Part shown: positions 1-11,685 of the stretch, piece after piece
Layout: every line of letters begins with the position of its first letter
Position numbering within the stretch: the stretch's first letter is position 1
Origin: Caecitellus pseudoparvulus
Taxonomy: Eukaryota; Protista; Bigyra: Bicosoecida
Length of the DNA stretch: 64,000 bases
Assembly: GCA_965644315.1 (NCBI GenBank)
Contig: CBFFRQ010000091.1
Coordinates: 62,001-126,000, forward strand
Reading direction: 5' to 3'
Position numbers and translations under genes: made by a program
Notes under the pieces: generated by a model
Databases searched by the model: none
Told to the model about the DNA's origin: nothing
Seen by the model: the letters and a program-made list of their open reading frames with translations, nothing else

Positions 1-1572
1 GCAGGGGGGGGCGGGGCCCCCTCCGCCGCCGCCGCCACAGACCCCGCCACGTACATGCTGTGTGCAGCGGCACGGGCGGCCTTGCGAGCTGCCTTGCGAG
101 AGGCGAGGGATCCACCCCCCTGCCGACCCCCCCCCCGACCCCCCTTGGAGGTGGGCACGGTGGCGGGCAGGGTGGGCAGGATGCCTCGGGGCTTGCGCTT
201 GGGTGGACCTGGTGGAGGGGGGGACCCCGCCGCCCCCTCACCCCCCTCCGTCACCCGCCCCTCCGCCACAGCCCGCCGCTCCCGTGCCGAGGCGTGCGCC
301 GACGCCGACGCCGCCCGGGCCGCCGCAGTCGCTGCGAGCTCTGCCGCCGTCGGCAGTGCGACCGACGCCGCCCGGGCCGCCGCCCGGAAGGCAGCCTTAT
401 CCCCCGCCTCCGCCGCCTGCTCCTCCCCAATCACCTGTCGTGCCGCATCCAGCAGCAGCTCCTCATCCTGCACCTGCCCCACGGCGGCATCCGCTGCCCC
501 TGCCTCGGCAGCTGCCAGCGCCGCTGCTGCCAGACGCTTGGCGTGGTACGTGTCTGGGTCAGCGTGCAGGACGGCGGAGTCGTACACAAAGTTCACCTCC
601 TCCATGGCAGCCTCTGCCTTCTCTGACGCGGTGTGCAGGAGGGGCGCGACGTTGTACGAGGTCATGTAGTTGGCGGGTGCGACGGGGTCCGTGTTACCGC
701 GACCATACGGGTGGAACGGCGGCTTCCCGAAGTACTTGGAGAAACCCGAGTCACTCAGCCACCGGCTGTTGGACACTTTGGACAGCAGGGTCGCTGTGCG
801 ACCCTCCTCCTCCGTCAACGCGACGTTGGTCGTGCGGAAGCCAGCACGTCGCCGGTGCCGACCGCTGCCGCGGCGACCGCTGCTGCGTGCCGCTACGCCG
901 CTCGCAGCAGCACGCGCTGCCCGCCGCAACGCAGCAGCGCTGCTGCGTTGCTTCGCCCCCCCACGCTGCTGCTTGGCCACCGTCGACGTGCGACCCGTGC
1001 GACCCCGACGCGCCTTGCGACCTGCCTTGGTCGACCGCCCCGCTGCCAGCACACGGGTCGCCTCAGCGTCCGCGTCGGCAGACCCCCCCTCCTCCAGACC
1101 CGCAGGGGGGGCATCCGCCGCCGCCGCGCCCCCCCCCTCCTCCTCTTTACTCTCCAGGTGACCTGCCTCCCCACCCTCCTGCGCGGAGATGTGAACCCGG
1201 GCAGTGGCGGGGGGTGCGTGGGATCCCCCGCTCCACCCATCACCACAGTAGCACGCCTGGCCAGGCTCAGCCTGCGTGAAGCGGCTGAAGGCAAAGTCCG
1301 CCTCCGTCTCCCACCGATTCAACAACACTGGTGGGTCATTGCTACTAGTGCTGCAGCATGTGCGGGAAACCTGTGCGGGGAGGCGACGCCCAGCGTGTGG
1401 GAGGGGGCGCGTGGGTGGTTGCGGTTTGGCGCGGAAATTGACACGACACACGCACAGTGTCCCCCGGCCCCTCAGGGTCCCCGCCGCCGCCCCAGGACAG
1501 CAGCGTGAACATGGAGGGCTGTGCTGAGCGTGGCAAGCTGCGAGCACCTGCTGTGAAGCCCCGCTGGGCCAT
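1..1572 (-). CDS. Hypothetical Ala/Arg-rich protein, runs off the left edge (3' partial); 5' exon structure uncertain
   Basis: The minus frame is open from ~1370 to base 1 (not in the ORF track because it has no stop). It reads ...HLESKEEEGGG...SKVSNSRWLSDSGFSKYFGKPPFHPYGRGNTDPVAPANYMTSYNVAP... The plus ORFs 55-669 and 670-1161 are its antisense shadow. The start at 1572 is only a guess. Confidence 0.55.
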
Positions 1573-1802
1573 GGTGGTGTGTGGGCGGTGCGTCGACTAG
1601 TGCTGTGTCGCACGCGGCGCGCGGCGTGGCGGTGAGCGTTAGGCGTGCCTGCACGGAAGCGATGTGGAGTGAGCAAGTGCGCGGCACACTGCACAGCAGC
1701 ACATTGCAAGATACGTGTGGCATTTTGCTGCATTGCGCAATATGCGGGGGGGGGATGGCACAGGGGACGCACGGGGAAGGGAGGGGGGTCTGAGCACACT
1801 GC

Positions 1803-3907
1803 TCAGTCCAGGCCAGCGACATTCTCGAGAACGTACACCAGGACGATGGAGAGGGGGAAGAGCGCCGCGACGACCCACGCCCAGTACGTGGGGAAGCGCG
1901 TGCGCAGTGCGATGGCGAACATGACGATTTCCACGACGAGGATGACGAGCGTTTCTGCGGAGAAGGCCCAGCGCAGGGAGTTGTTGCCGGCCATGATGCC
2001 GAGGAAGACGGCCAGAACAAAGGTGTTGTTCATGGTGGCTGCGCCCAGCAGCGCGGAGAAGGTCATGGTCATGCTACTGACGGTGCGCTTGGAGGCGAAG
2101 AGGATGCTGGCGATGAGCTCGGAGGCGTTGGAGACGAGGGGCGTGACGATGAAGGAGATGTAGAAGGGCGGCACGTGGATGCGGGCGCCGAACTCGGACA
2201 GGACGTCCACCATGGGGTCTGAGAACAGCGTCACGACGCCCACGCCCACGGTGATGAGGGCCGCCGCCTTCAGAGTGATCTGCGTCGGCGTCAGGTGTGC
2301 GTTCTCGTCCTCCTCCTCGTCCTCCTCCTCCTCATCATCCTCTGCCGCCGCCGTCTCCGACGCCTGCTTCTGGAAGCTGGCAGCACGGTCAGGGCTGGCG
2401 TCGGGGTTCAAGGAGAGGCTAGGGGCAGAGGCGCCGGAGGAAGGGCCGCCCTCCTCCCCACCTGTCGCCTTGTGTTCCTGGTGCGACGCCACGAACTTGT
2501 AGAACAGCGCCTCGAATTCGGGGAACTCCAGCGTGGAGCTGCGGTCGACGTCAAATTCCGCCATGAGCCGCTCCACCTCCGCCGCCGGCACCTCCGACAT
2601 GTGCTTCGCCTTCACCGCTTCGCACAGCAGGAAGCGCAGCTCATCCTTGTCCAGCCGCCCGTCGTGGTTCATGTCGGCTCGCGACCACAGCGACCGCACG
2701 ACGGGTGCCAGGCGCTCCTTCACCTCGGGGGGGGGGCTGCCAGACAGCAGGGCGGCGTGGGCGCCCGACGTCTCCCCCACGGCGGCGGTGAGGAAGGAGT
2801 AGATGTTGAAGGACACATCCCGCTCGAAGCGCTGGCGGATGAGGGCGGCCTGGCGCTCCTTGTACGCCTCTGCTGCGTTGGCGGAACGCACCATGTACCA
2901 GGAGTACGCGACGAAGGCGACGGCAGTGATGGCGAGGCCGGCGATGGCGAAGGGGTGTTCCAGCTTCGCCTGTTCCGCCTCGCTCTTGTCGTTGTAGGTG
3001 AGGGAGGGCACCCAAATGATCAGGTACGCCGCCGCCGTGCCCAGCATGATCCAGGCGTTGGTGGGGATCTCCTTCGTCACCTGCACGCCGGAGGAGGCCA
3101 GCCCGGCCAGGGAGAAGATGCTGTTGCCGGGAGACAGCTTGGGCTTGCCCTTGTAGTTGTACGTCTCGCCGCCGTCGGCGCCGCGCACGATGTCCACGCG
3201 GCCGATGAAGTGGCAGAGGGACCATGGGATGGTCAGCAGCATGATGGTGCTGCCAGCCAGCGTCCCCACGCCCACGCTCAGCTGCTTCTGGGCGTCAGGG
3301 CCCAGACCAGAGAAGAGCACGATGGCGCCGTCAGGCACTGCGAGCGGGGGACAAGCGGTACTGTGCACTGACCAGCTCTGCGGGGCGTTTCTCGCGCAGC
3401 GCAAGTTGCAGCGGAGCGGCGCCGGGGGTCAACGCCGCCCTGGCCTCGGCAGGGGGGTGCACACCACAACATGCTGTGGGCAGGGTCAATGTGGTACCAG
3501 GCAGGGCTGCCGTGTGCCCCCCCTCCCCGCCACGGCACGGCACTGCACTGCACGCACCGGCACCCATGACAGGCAGCACAAGTCCGCCAATGAGCCCAGG
3601 GCTCATGACAAGCTCCAGCATTTCAGAGCCACCAGCGATGAGGTTGGAGGCCAAGTACAAGATGTACCCGTATGCCCCCATGCTGTGCAAGGCAAGGCCG
3701 CAGTCGGTACGGGGGGTGCCGGAGGCGCTGCAGCGGAGCAGGCGAATGGCTGGCAGCGCAGGCGCGCGCCACGCACAGGAACAGCAGCTGCACCAGCCCA
3801 AATCCATTGTCGGGAATGGCGTAGAACGTCGTGGCCTCCGTGGAATTCACGGGGATGTACTCCACTGAGGCGCTGACGTCCACAAAGAGGTCTGCCAGCC
3901 CTGACAT
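1803..3907 (-). CDS. NCL: Na+/Ca2+ exchanger-like protein with central EF-hands (NCL / EF-CAX type); exons 3777-3907, 3558-3682, 1803-3337
   Basis: The spliced product contains alpha-1 repeat GLIGGLVLPVMGAVPDGAIVLFSG and GVGTLAGSTIMLLT, two EF-hands (DMNHDGRLDKDE, DVDRSSTLEFPE), an acidic linker and alpha-2 repeat SFIVTPLVSNASE...GAATMNNT. Canonical GT-AG introns keep the frame. Confidence 0.93.
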
Positions 3908-4814
3908 GACGCGGCCAGCGGAAGTTGGAGCTGTTGCACTGCAGAAGGCTGAAGGTGCAGGCGGCGACAGGGGAACGGCGACTGACACCCAAGTGCACCT
4001 GAATAGGCCCTGAGTGTGAATGTGGAAGGGGGGGGAGCTTGGGTGGTTGGCATTTGCCCTCGGCCCTACACAGCACCACATTGTATCATGGTGTCCGGGT
4101 GCCAAGATGGTTTGATGTTGGCGTGCCATGCTAGCGTGGCACCGACGTACACGCCAAGGCCAGCTACACATGGACCGAGATGGACGATTTCACTCCACCT
4201 CACGGCTGCAGGAGGTAGTTGCGCCGGAGCCCATGGGTAGGCGCTCGAGTCAATAGGGCGAAGTGCTGCAAGATCGGTTGTGACGTCAGTCCCCCCCCAC
4301 AAAGTAGATTCAGTCAGTGCAAACTGCTAAGAAAATCGGGCAGTCCTAGAAGGCAGCGACTGAACCCCCGGCGCTTCGACCCCACGCCACTCTGCGACAG
4401 TCGGGAGACAGTTGCGCGGCGGAGGATCCACGCGAACGGAGAGCCAACGCAGTGAGCATGCGAGCGTTTGGGCAAGGATGCCGTTGCAGCGCAGAGGCAC
4501 GCTGGAGTGAACTCACGACCCGCCATAACGAGGTGCTGTCCACGAAAATGCTTGCCCATAAGGTAGTTGCCGCACCTCCTGGATGGGGCCAAGTCCTGGT
4601 CACTTACACCCGGTACTGTGAGATCGCTGTCCATCATGCACTGATGTTCGGCTTCAAGGCTCAGGTGTGGAATGCGGACAGCCCGCCGCGGACCTCGCAC
4701 GGCGAGCCCGCACCATGTTTGCCTCTCCTGCCGCCTGCATCACGCCGAGCCACCTCGCTCCGGGGCCAGGTGGAACAGAAGAGGCGAAAGCACAGAGCGG
4801 GCGTTGTGGAAAGC

Positions 4815-7800
4815 AAGAGGCTGGCAAGCAACTCAGTTCCAACTCCGACACGCATACTCCAAACACATCACTTTCCCGCCTCTCATACAGCAAGGATTGC
4901 ATTCTTCACTCACTGCACTCTCAAAATCAGAACACAAGATCCCCGTGCAAACCGCTCTGAGGGGACGAACTCCGACTCCAGCCTGCAATCCACCAACAAA
5001 GCGCAGTCAGCACCGGCAAGGACGAATGTGGCAACAGCGGAGCTATTTTGACTTCGGCAACTGCCTCCGAGGCAAGGGCGACGACACCTCGACGTTGACT
5101 GAAAGCTGGGATTCCAGGGACTTCATCTCGGGGGGCAGGAACCCGTCCCTGAACACACCAAAGAAGCCAGGGATACCAACATGCTTCAAAGCATGGTGCT
5201 CCTTTCCTTTGTCCTGACCCTTGGACGTGCAGTAGATGAAGTAGACCTTCACGTCATCTTTGGATCGGATTAGTGTCATGAGAGGAGGCTCTGTGCTACT
5301 CACAACCTGTGCATCAGCATGGGGCTGCACTTCCATGGCCTCAGCCCCAGCGCCAGGCATGTCGGACGTTGCTTCGGATGTCTCACTGACGTCATCGGTG
5401 GCCTCTTGCCCAAGGTCTGTGGGTGACGCACTTTCCTCGAAAATAGCTGCTGAGAGCATTGCGTCTCTGGCAGCTTGAGTTGTCGCCAGTCGAAGCAACT
5501 CCCCGGTGGCCGCCCCAACTTGCTGACGTTGCTCCTCACCCAACATCGTCGGATCCATGGCCATCCTGGTGAAGTTGCCGGTGGATGGACTCGACTCAAT
5601 CGTGCAATTCAGGTCAATGGGGACCCCAAACATCCACAAGATGGAGTTCGCCATAGTTGTCTTCCGCTGACCTCGCTTCCCAGCTGCTTGCGTGAACTTC
5701 ACCCTGTTCCCGTCCAATTCTGTGTGGTAGTTCAGATTGCACGCAAGGTTGGCAATGTCTTTCAGCGTGTTCGGAAGCTTCAACTTCTTCAAGTCTTCCG
5801 GGGGAGCGCCTGCGAACTTCAGCTTCTCCAGGGTTCTCCCGTTACCGTGCACGGAAAGGGAAGAAATGGTGGTCTCGATGAAGGCCACCTCCAGCTGCCC
5901 CTGCTCCGACGCCTTCGGCCGTCTGAATACAACGAAGTCAACAGTTGGAAACACGTGGGGAGTGCGCACTACATGCGTGTTCCCAGGCTCCAGGTTCTGC
6001 ACAATCTGCACGTCCATTGGAGACAAGCCAGCCCCTGTCACCTCAAGCTTGACCCTTTCCGCCGGGAACGAGTCCTTGTCCAGCCCAAAGGAGTACGTCC
6101 GCAGCATCTGAATCGGGGGCTTGCCAGCAGTCCCAGACAGTGGCGTGTACTCCGACCCGAACAGCCCCAGCTCCAACAGGGTCGTCACAGAGTCCTCGAA
6201 CAGCTGCCCTGTGCCAAAGACGGTCGCCCCAGACAGCAGGGCCTCCCACGCCTTTTGCGTCGCCGGGTCGTGGCGGTTCTTCGCAGCTTCTGTGTGCTTC
6301 TGGAACAGAGCTCGCATGTAGGCGTGCCTCGCTGTGTGCGACGAAAACTCCACGTTGTCCTCCAACGCAAGCTCGTTCGAGTCGATCCTCGAGAGGATCG
6401 AGGATGCTGCCAAGGAGTGATTCCAAAACACCGACAGTCCACCCGCGTTGCCCGCAAGCTCCTTGAGCGACTTGTCGGAGAAATGATCGAAACAGCGACG
6501 CTGCATGCTCTGCATGCTTTTCTTCCAAGCGTCGTGGAGCACGTTGAAGAACCACTCTTCTGGGTTCGCCGCCAATCCACGCTCTTTCAACAGACTGGCG
6601 ATTTCTGCTTTATTCTCACTGCGATTCTCGATCTCTCTACGAGCCTTCTCCTGCTTGGCTGCAACCTTGACAACCCGACGCAAACTCCGGGGAACCCCGC
6701 CCAACGAATGGATCAGTTTCCGAAGGAGCTCCCGTTGCTCGTCGTCTTTCACGACAGTCAAGGCAAGGGGCGGAAGCTGAAGCGAAGTGTCTTCACCCGC
6801 CCCACTGCCAACAGCCAGTGCTCCCTCGTCTGCATCCGTGAGCCGCTTAGGCACCTCATACTCGGCCGGCCCCAGCATGAGCTTCAGCGCCAAGTTCGGA
6901 TCCAGCCGCTGCATCTCGAAGAAGGGGTGCTCTTTGTCAGCTGAAGAGGACGTGTCAAACGCCTTATTCACTGTCTGGTTCGTCTGACGGAGTGCTGCAG
7001 CGTGGAAGTCAGGGGAAAAGGCGACCACCTTGCTCGCACTTGAGTTCCAGCTCATCAAGCGCTTCAGCAACGCCCACCACCTTACATGCTCCGTATGCTT
7101 CTTCACCAGCTGCCTGTGCAGGCGGTTGGCTTCGTCAATGATGAAAGCACTTGGCAACCCCCCCTTCTCGATTGGTGCGTAGTCACCTGGGTTGTATATT
7201 GAGTCTTCCACGAATGCTCGGAGGAACGCTAGGTGTGCATCGGTACCATGCATGCCAATCTCAGCAATCTGCTGACACAGCTCGGGAGTCCGCACACTCC
7301 TGCCACATGAGAACGAGAATCCCCCCTGAAGAAGTCGCTCAAGGAGCTTGTCAAACTTGTCAGAGTTTGGAGCGAGCACTTCTGACTCTGACAAGTACAT
7401 GACGTCGCCCCCAGCCCCGATCCCGATCATCGCTGCAAGAGCCCGCAGAGAAGCAGACTTCCCCGTCCCGTGCACGGCAGTTGTCATGGTACCAAGCTGG
7501 GCTCCAAGGCAGTTGTATGCTGCCTTCACGAGCAGCTTTGCCCGTGAGCGAGTCAGAACATACGTCGTAAACGTCAACTCCTCTTGTGGCACTTCAGACT
7601 CAGGCAGGTGAAGGAAGCCGTGCGCACCGGGCCGCAAGCCTGGCAATGTCAGCCCATCCAACGAGCGGCTGATCAAGTCAGTCTTCTCGTCTTTGAGCAG
7701 GAAAGGCAGTGATACCCAGATGGGAATTCGCAGCACTGCAGCTTTGAACTCGCCATTGACAAAGACAGGGTAGCATCCAGCGCTCCACGTGATGTCCTTC

Positions 7801-10800
7801 ACTGGGTCAACGCTATCCTTGAACTCTTTGTCGTTCACAAGTCGCTCTGCAGTCAAGGGTGACTCGGGGCGAAAGGCATGCACGACGTCCCAGTACCACG
7901 CATCTTGGGTGGTGAAGGCACGTTCAACATTGAGCAGCCAGCCAAAGTTGTCGGCCAAGGTGCTAAGCTTCTTCTGTTCAATATTGAGGAGCCTGTCGAT
8001 GTAGCTTGCATCTGTGACCCCCGCGCTCTCGAGCAAAGCTCGAGCCTTGGCCTTGCCATCTCGTTTTGCGATCAAGAGTGCGCGAAGCGGGAGCCCCAAA
8101 TTCACTACCTTGTGCTTCCGCACTGCTTCGTTGAACCACGCAGAGCGAACAGCCTTCTCAAGTTGCTTTGGAAGCCTCGAATCTGGCAAGTGCTCAGGGG
8201 CCTCAGACACCAACTTCCTGCTGTACTCAATAGGGTCGTGTGCCGCCAGGCTGGACACTGATTGGTTACAGAGGTTGAACACAATGTGAGTCCGCTCCTC
8301 AGGGGACTTATGGCGCTCCAGCATTTCCATGGATGTGCTGATGATTCCACTTTCCTTCAAAATCTTCCACAGCTCGGGCCCCGCCTTGGCCTGTGCAAAG
8401 CAAAGGAAGAAGCCGAAGTGCAGCGATGTCAGCCAACGGACAAGTCAAGCGCCCAACTCACCTCACATACTTCCATAGCACTCTTCGTGTCTGCAATTAA
8501 CTCTTGCCGCTTTACTCGTTCAGCTTCCCTCGCATTTCTCATGCTCTGAAGCTCCTTGTTCAGAGCCTTGTCTGCTTCGACCAGGCTCGTGTAGTACCCC
8601 CCTGCATTGGCCAGCATCTCTGGCAGATCTATGATCCAAGCCTTTGAGCTGGCGTTCTGCAGCTCGACCCCCAGGTCACTGAGGTAGTTTTCGCCCTTGA
8701 CCAGCCTCAGTGAAGCATTGATCGGAACGGACAGCAGAGACGAAAGGAGTTGCGTCTGCACGTCCATGGCATTCTTCTCCGTCCGAAGCCCGAACTCTAG
8801 CTCAGCTATGAAGCCGCTTGTAGCGAAGGCTTGAAACAGGAAAGCGTCAGGAGGCGTCTGTGAAGAATGCGAAGCCGAATGAAGGGCGTGGTGACTCGCC
8901 CAAGCACGGCCCGCGCGCAAACCAACGCACCTCCAGCTTCTCGAGGGCTGCCAGAGCCAACTTCGCTGGCAGTCCTTGTGGGTTGAGATCATCAAATACA
9001 GAGAGCACCTTCTTCTGCTTCGTTTCATCCAGCTGTCCCCACCATGACGTGCTCGGAAGCACATCGCTGGCCAACCGAGGTCCCTCCACTGCAGCACCAG
9101 ACACAGATGAAGCATGACGCACCAGGCTGGGTGCCTTGTACGACTGGGGTGCGCGCGGTGGAGGCCAAAGCACTGGAGCAGCAGCAAATTCCGCCCCAAC
9201 ACTGCGCAACGCCAACAAGGGCCGCAATGACGCCCCCAGGCCACGTGACAAGGCCGAGGCAGCCTTCAAACTCATGCTACGCCGTCAAGATGTGCAGACT
9301 CCGACGGTGCTCGCTCACTCGTCAAGGCCGCGCTGGTGCGGAAGTATGCACGACTCCGAGCAGCGCAGAGCTGCACAAAGCGGAGGTGAGGCAAGGTTCA
9401 ACACAATGACCCACGCGCACAGCGTAAAGACTGTGATGTTTGAATTGTGGGATTACTGAGTATTGTTTGCTTGCTTCCTTAGCACTGTTTCACAGCCATA
9501 GCAAGCCAGTTGGCACGCCAATTAGGGGTTTTTAAATGTGCGCGAATGATGCAAAAATGCGGCTGAAGGCGCAGACGCCAAGAAAGCACCGCCAAACCTT
9601 GAAGGAAGACACGCGGCGCCTGAAGTAGTGCGTGAGACGAACAACGCGACCCATGAGACCCCAGCGACCCGTTCCTCGCTTCGCTCACCCCCCCCACACA
9701 CCGCGGATGACGGCGGAGTATGTCAGCATTCAAACGGCCAAGCGCCAAACGACACTGAAGCCCCCACAAGGCATTCAACACAAGGAGCACGCTCTTGCAC
9801 TTGTGGCCCTGTCGAGCACCGACACCGCAAGCATCAAGTCTGCCTGCCGCGCGCGGCAAGCTTCCAGCGAGCAAGCTGCCGTCGCGTTTACGTGGACCAG
9901 TCCACCACGATTGACGGATCTCACGCTACACCACGCAACACACCGAGTCCAACAGCAGTCCATCTCACAAGCTGCATGGAGAGATGCTGTCCAAAGTGCG
10001 GCTGAGTTGTGAGATTCGTGCAGTGCGGGCCAGGCTGCGAGGTAGCACGCTCGCACAGAGGCCAGCCACTGCCCCGGCCATTCCCCGTACACTGCAGACC
10101 ACCAAGTGGCCCCTCCTCAAAACGACACCACACAGCGTATCTGTCCGCACAATGCCCATTCCACGTCAAGCCCTCCCTTGCGATGACCCGCGGGCCAAGA
10201 TCTGCCAGACGAACGTGCAGCACCACAGCCCAGCTTGTCAACCTCGCCCAGTCAATGCGACCAACAGCAGCTGTTCGCGGAGTGCCCTGAAGCGACACTG
10301 CAGGTCATGCGCTATCCCCTTAGCATCCTGAAGCGGCGGCGTCGCAATGACAGCTGACGCAGGCAGTCCCAGACCCATGAACTGCGCAGGAGACACCAGC
10401 TGCCCTGGCTGTCTCACTGACAAAGCGCTGCACGTCCCCCCATCCTGAGCGTCCAGCCACTTGGCCTGGCCACCAATCCCAGCACGAGGCGAGAGCAGTG
10501 CCGTCCTTCCCCGCCCCCACTGGCCCATGCCCCAGCAAGCCGATGCCTCGGAGCCCAGACGGCCACAGCGGGCCAAGCTGTGTGACCTTCAAACCAAAGC
10601 ATCCGCGCACTGAGGCTGCGCATCGAAGTCAGCGTGGCCGTGCACAGTGGCAGAACCGTGCACGTAGCGCACCAGCCCAGCCCTGCCAAGGTCCAGGCAT
10701 ACCTGGAGCACACTGCTTGAAAGCGTGACCCAGCGTTCAGTGGCCACCCTCCTCGGCTCATGCGAGTCACTCCAAAGAAAAGAAGCGGAGGGTGCCAGGA

Positions 10801-11184
10801 GCTGGCAAGAGGCGTCTGTCCCGACGAACTTCAGAGCAATGCCGTAAAGGAGCGATGCATGATATCCACACCATGTGATCAGGTACCAAAAGTTTTGTGG
10901 ACCTGCTCGCGATGGGCAGTGATGGTGAATTTCGATTCGTGCGTCCTTACCAGCAAAATGTGAAAGCTGGCGCTGAGCTTGGCTGCCACACACGTTGCCA
11001 TTCTGCACCCACGACGGTGGTGATCAAGGCCACACCGTTAACCCTCGCATCACAAACATCAAGACTCCTTTCGTGCACTTTGTTTTCGCGTGAAGCGGCA
11101 CTCTGAGCACATCTCTCCACCAAAGAGGCATTGATACCCGCACTCGATCCAATTTACTAGGCCAAGTTACCCACCAGCCCAAAA
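4815..11184 (-). mobile_element. Duplicated ~6.4 kb unit, copy 1 (candidate selfish/mobile element carrying a CR-type NTPase-nuclease gene)
   Basis: Colinear similarity to 55526-61229 covers coding and non-coding DNA, from aagaggctggc at 4815/55526 to ...cccaaaa/ccctaaaa at 11184/61229. It is visibly lower in GC than host genes. Degenerate similarity may extend left to ~4300/55000. No convincing TIR or TSD was seen, so mobility is inferred. Confidence 0.6.
5043..9275 (-). CDS. Crinkler/RHS (CR)-like P-loop NTPase + PD-(D/E)xK-type nuclease with predicted mitochondrial presequence, copy 1; exons 8931-9275, 8462-8830, 5043-8390 (~1353 aa if spliced as copy 2; the intron-1 acceptor is altered)
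   Basis: Walker A AVHGTGKS (~7456-7479), Walker B FIIDEAN (~7131-7145), VVAFSP, GGVPR (~6687-6701), GQLFED (~6192-6209) and PHVFPTVDFVVF...AFIETTISSLSVH (~5850-5960). This motif order matches the CRN/RHS NTPase+REase module. Intron 2 (8391-8461, gtgagt...gcacag) is conserved with copy 2. Confidence 0.8.
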
Positions 11185-11685
11185 TGTGTGCATTTTTTTA
11201 TTTGTGGTAGGCAGTGGGGTAAGTCTCTGGGGTGGGGTGTCGGGTGGGCGCTGTGGTTGGCTTCACTGGCGATGCCTGCGACGAACTCCAAGGAGCTCCA
11301 AACTGGGCAAACAGCCCTTTTCACGAAAGCCCCCGACTCCCCATCACCTCACGATGCCGGCGACCCATAAAGGAGCAGGTAGGCAACCTCCCGTTTCCCA
11401 TTGCCCTGGGTGAGGTGCAACGCAGCCTCACTTGCACCTTGAAAGGAGCACAAGCGTTTCAGAGCAGAACCGCAATGGGCCGTGCAGCTCAGTGTGCCAT
11501 GCACTGCAAAACTCTGCAACGCAGGTGACCCTAACCCACTCCAGGCGTCCATCCACAGTGCGCTGTGCCAAGGTTTGCGTTGCTTTGCCCGCCCCCCTGC
11601 TAGCAACGCTCGAATCACCAGCGAGGCACGCAACGCCGTCGGCAGAGGCGCGGGAGCTGGCACACCAGCACAGCAACGCAGCACC

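Noticed and set aside
9479-10331. Small ORFs upstream of the CR gene as a conserved partner protein
   Set aside because: Frames and ends are not maintained between the two copies, with an indel near 9885/60670.
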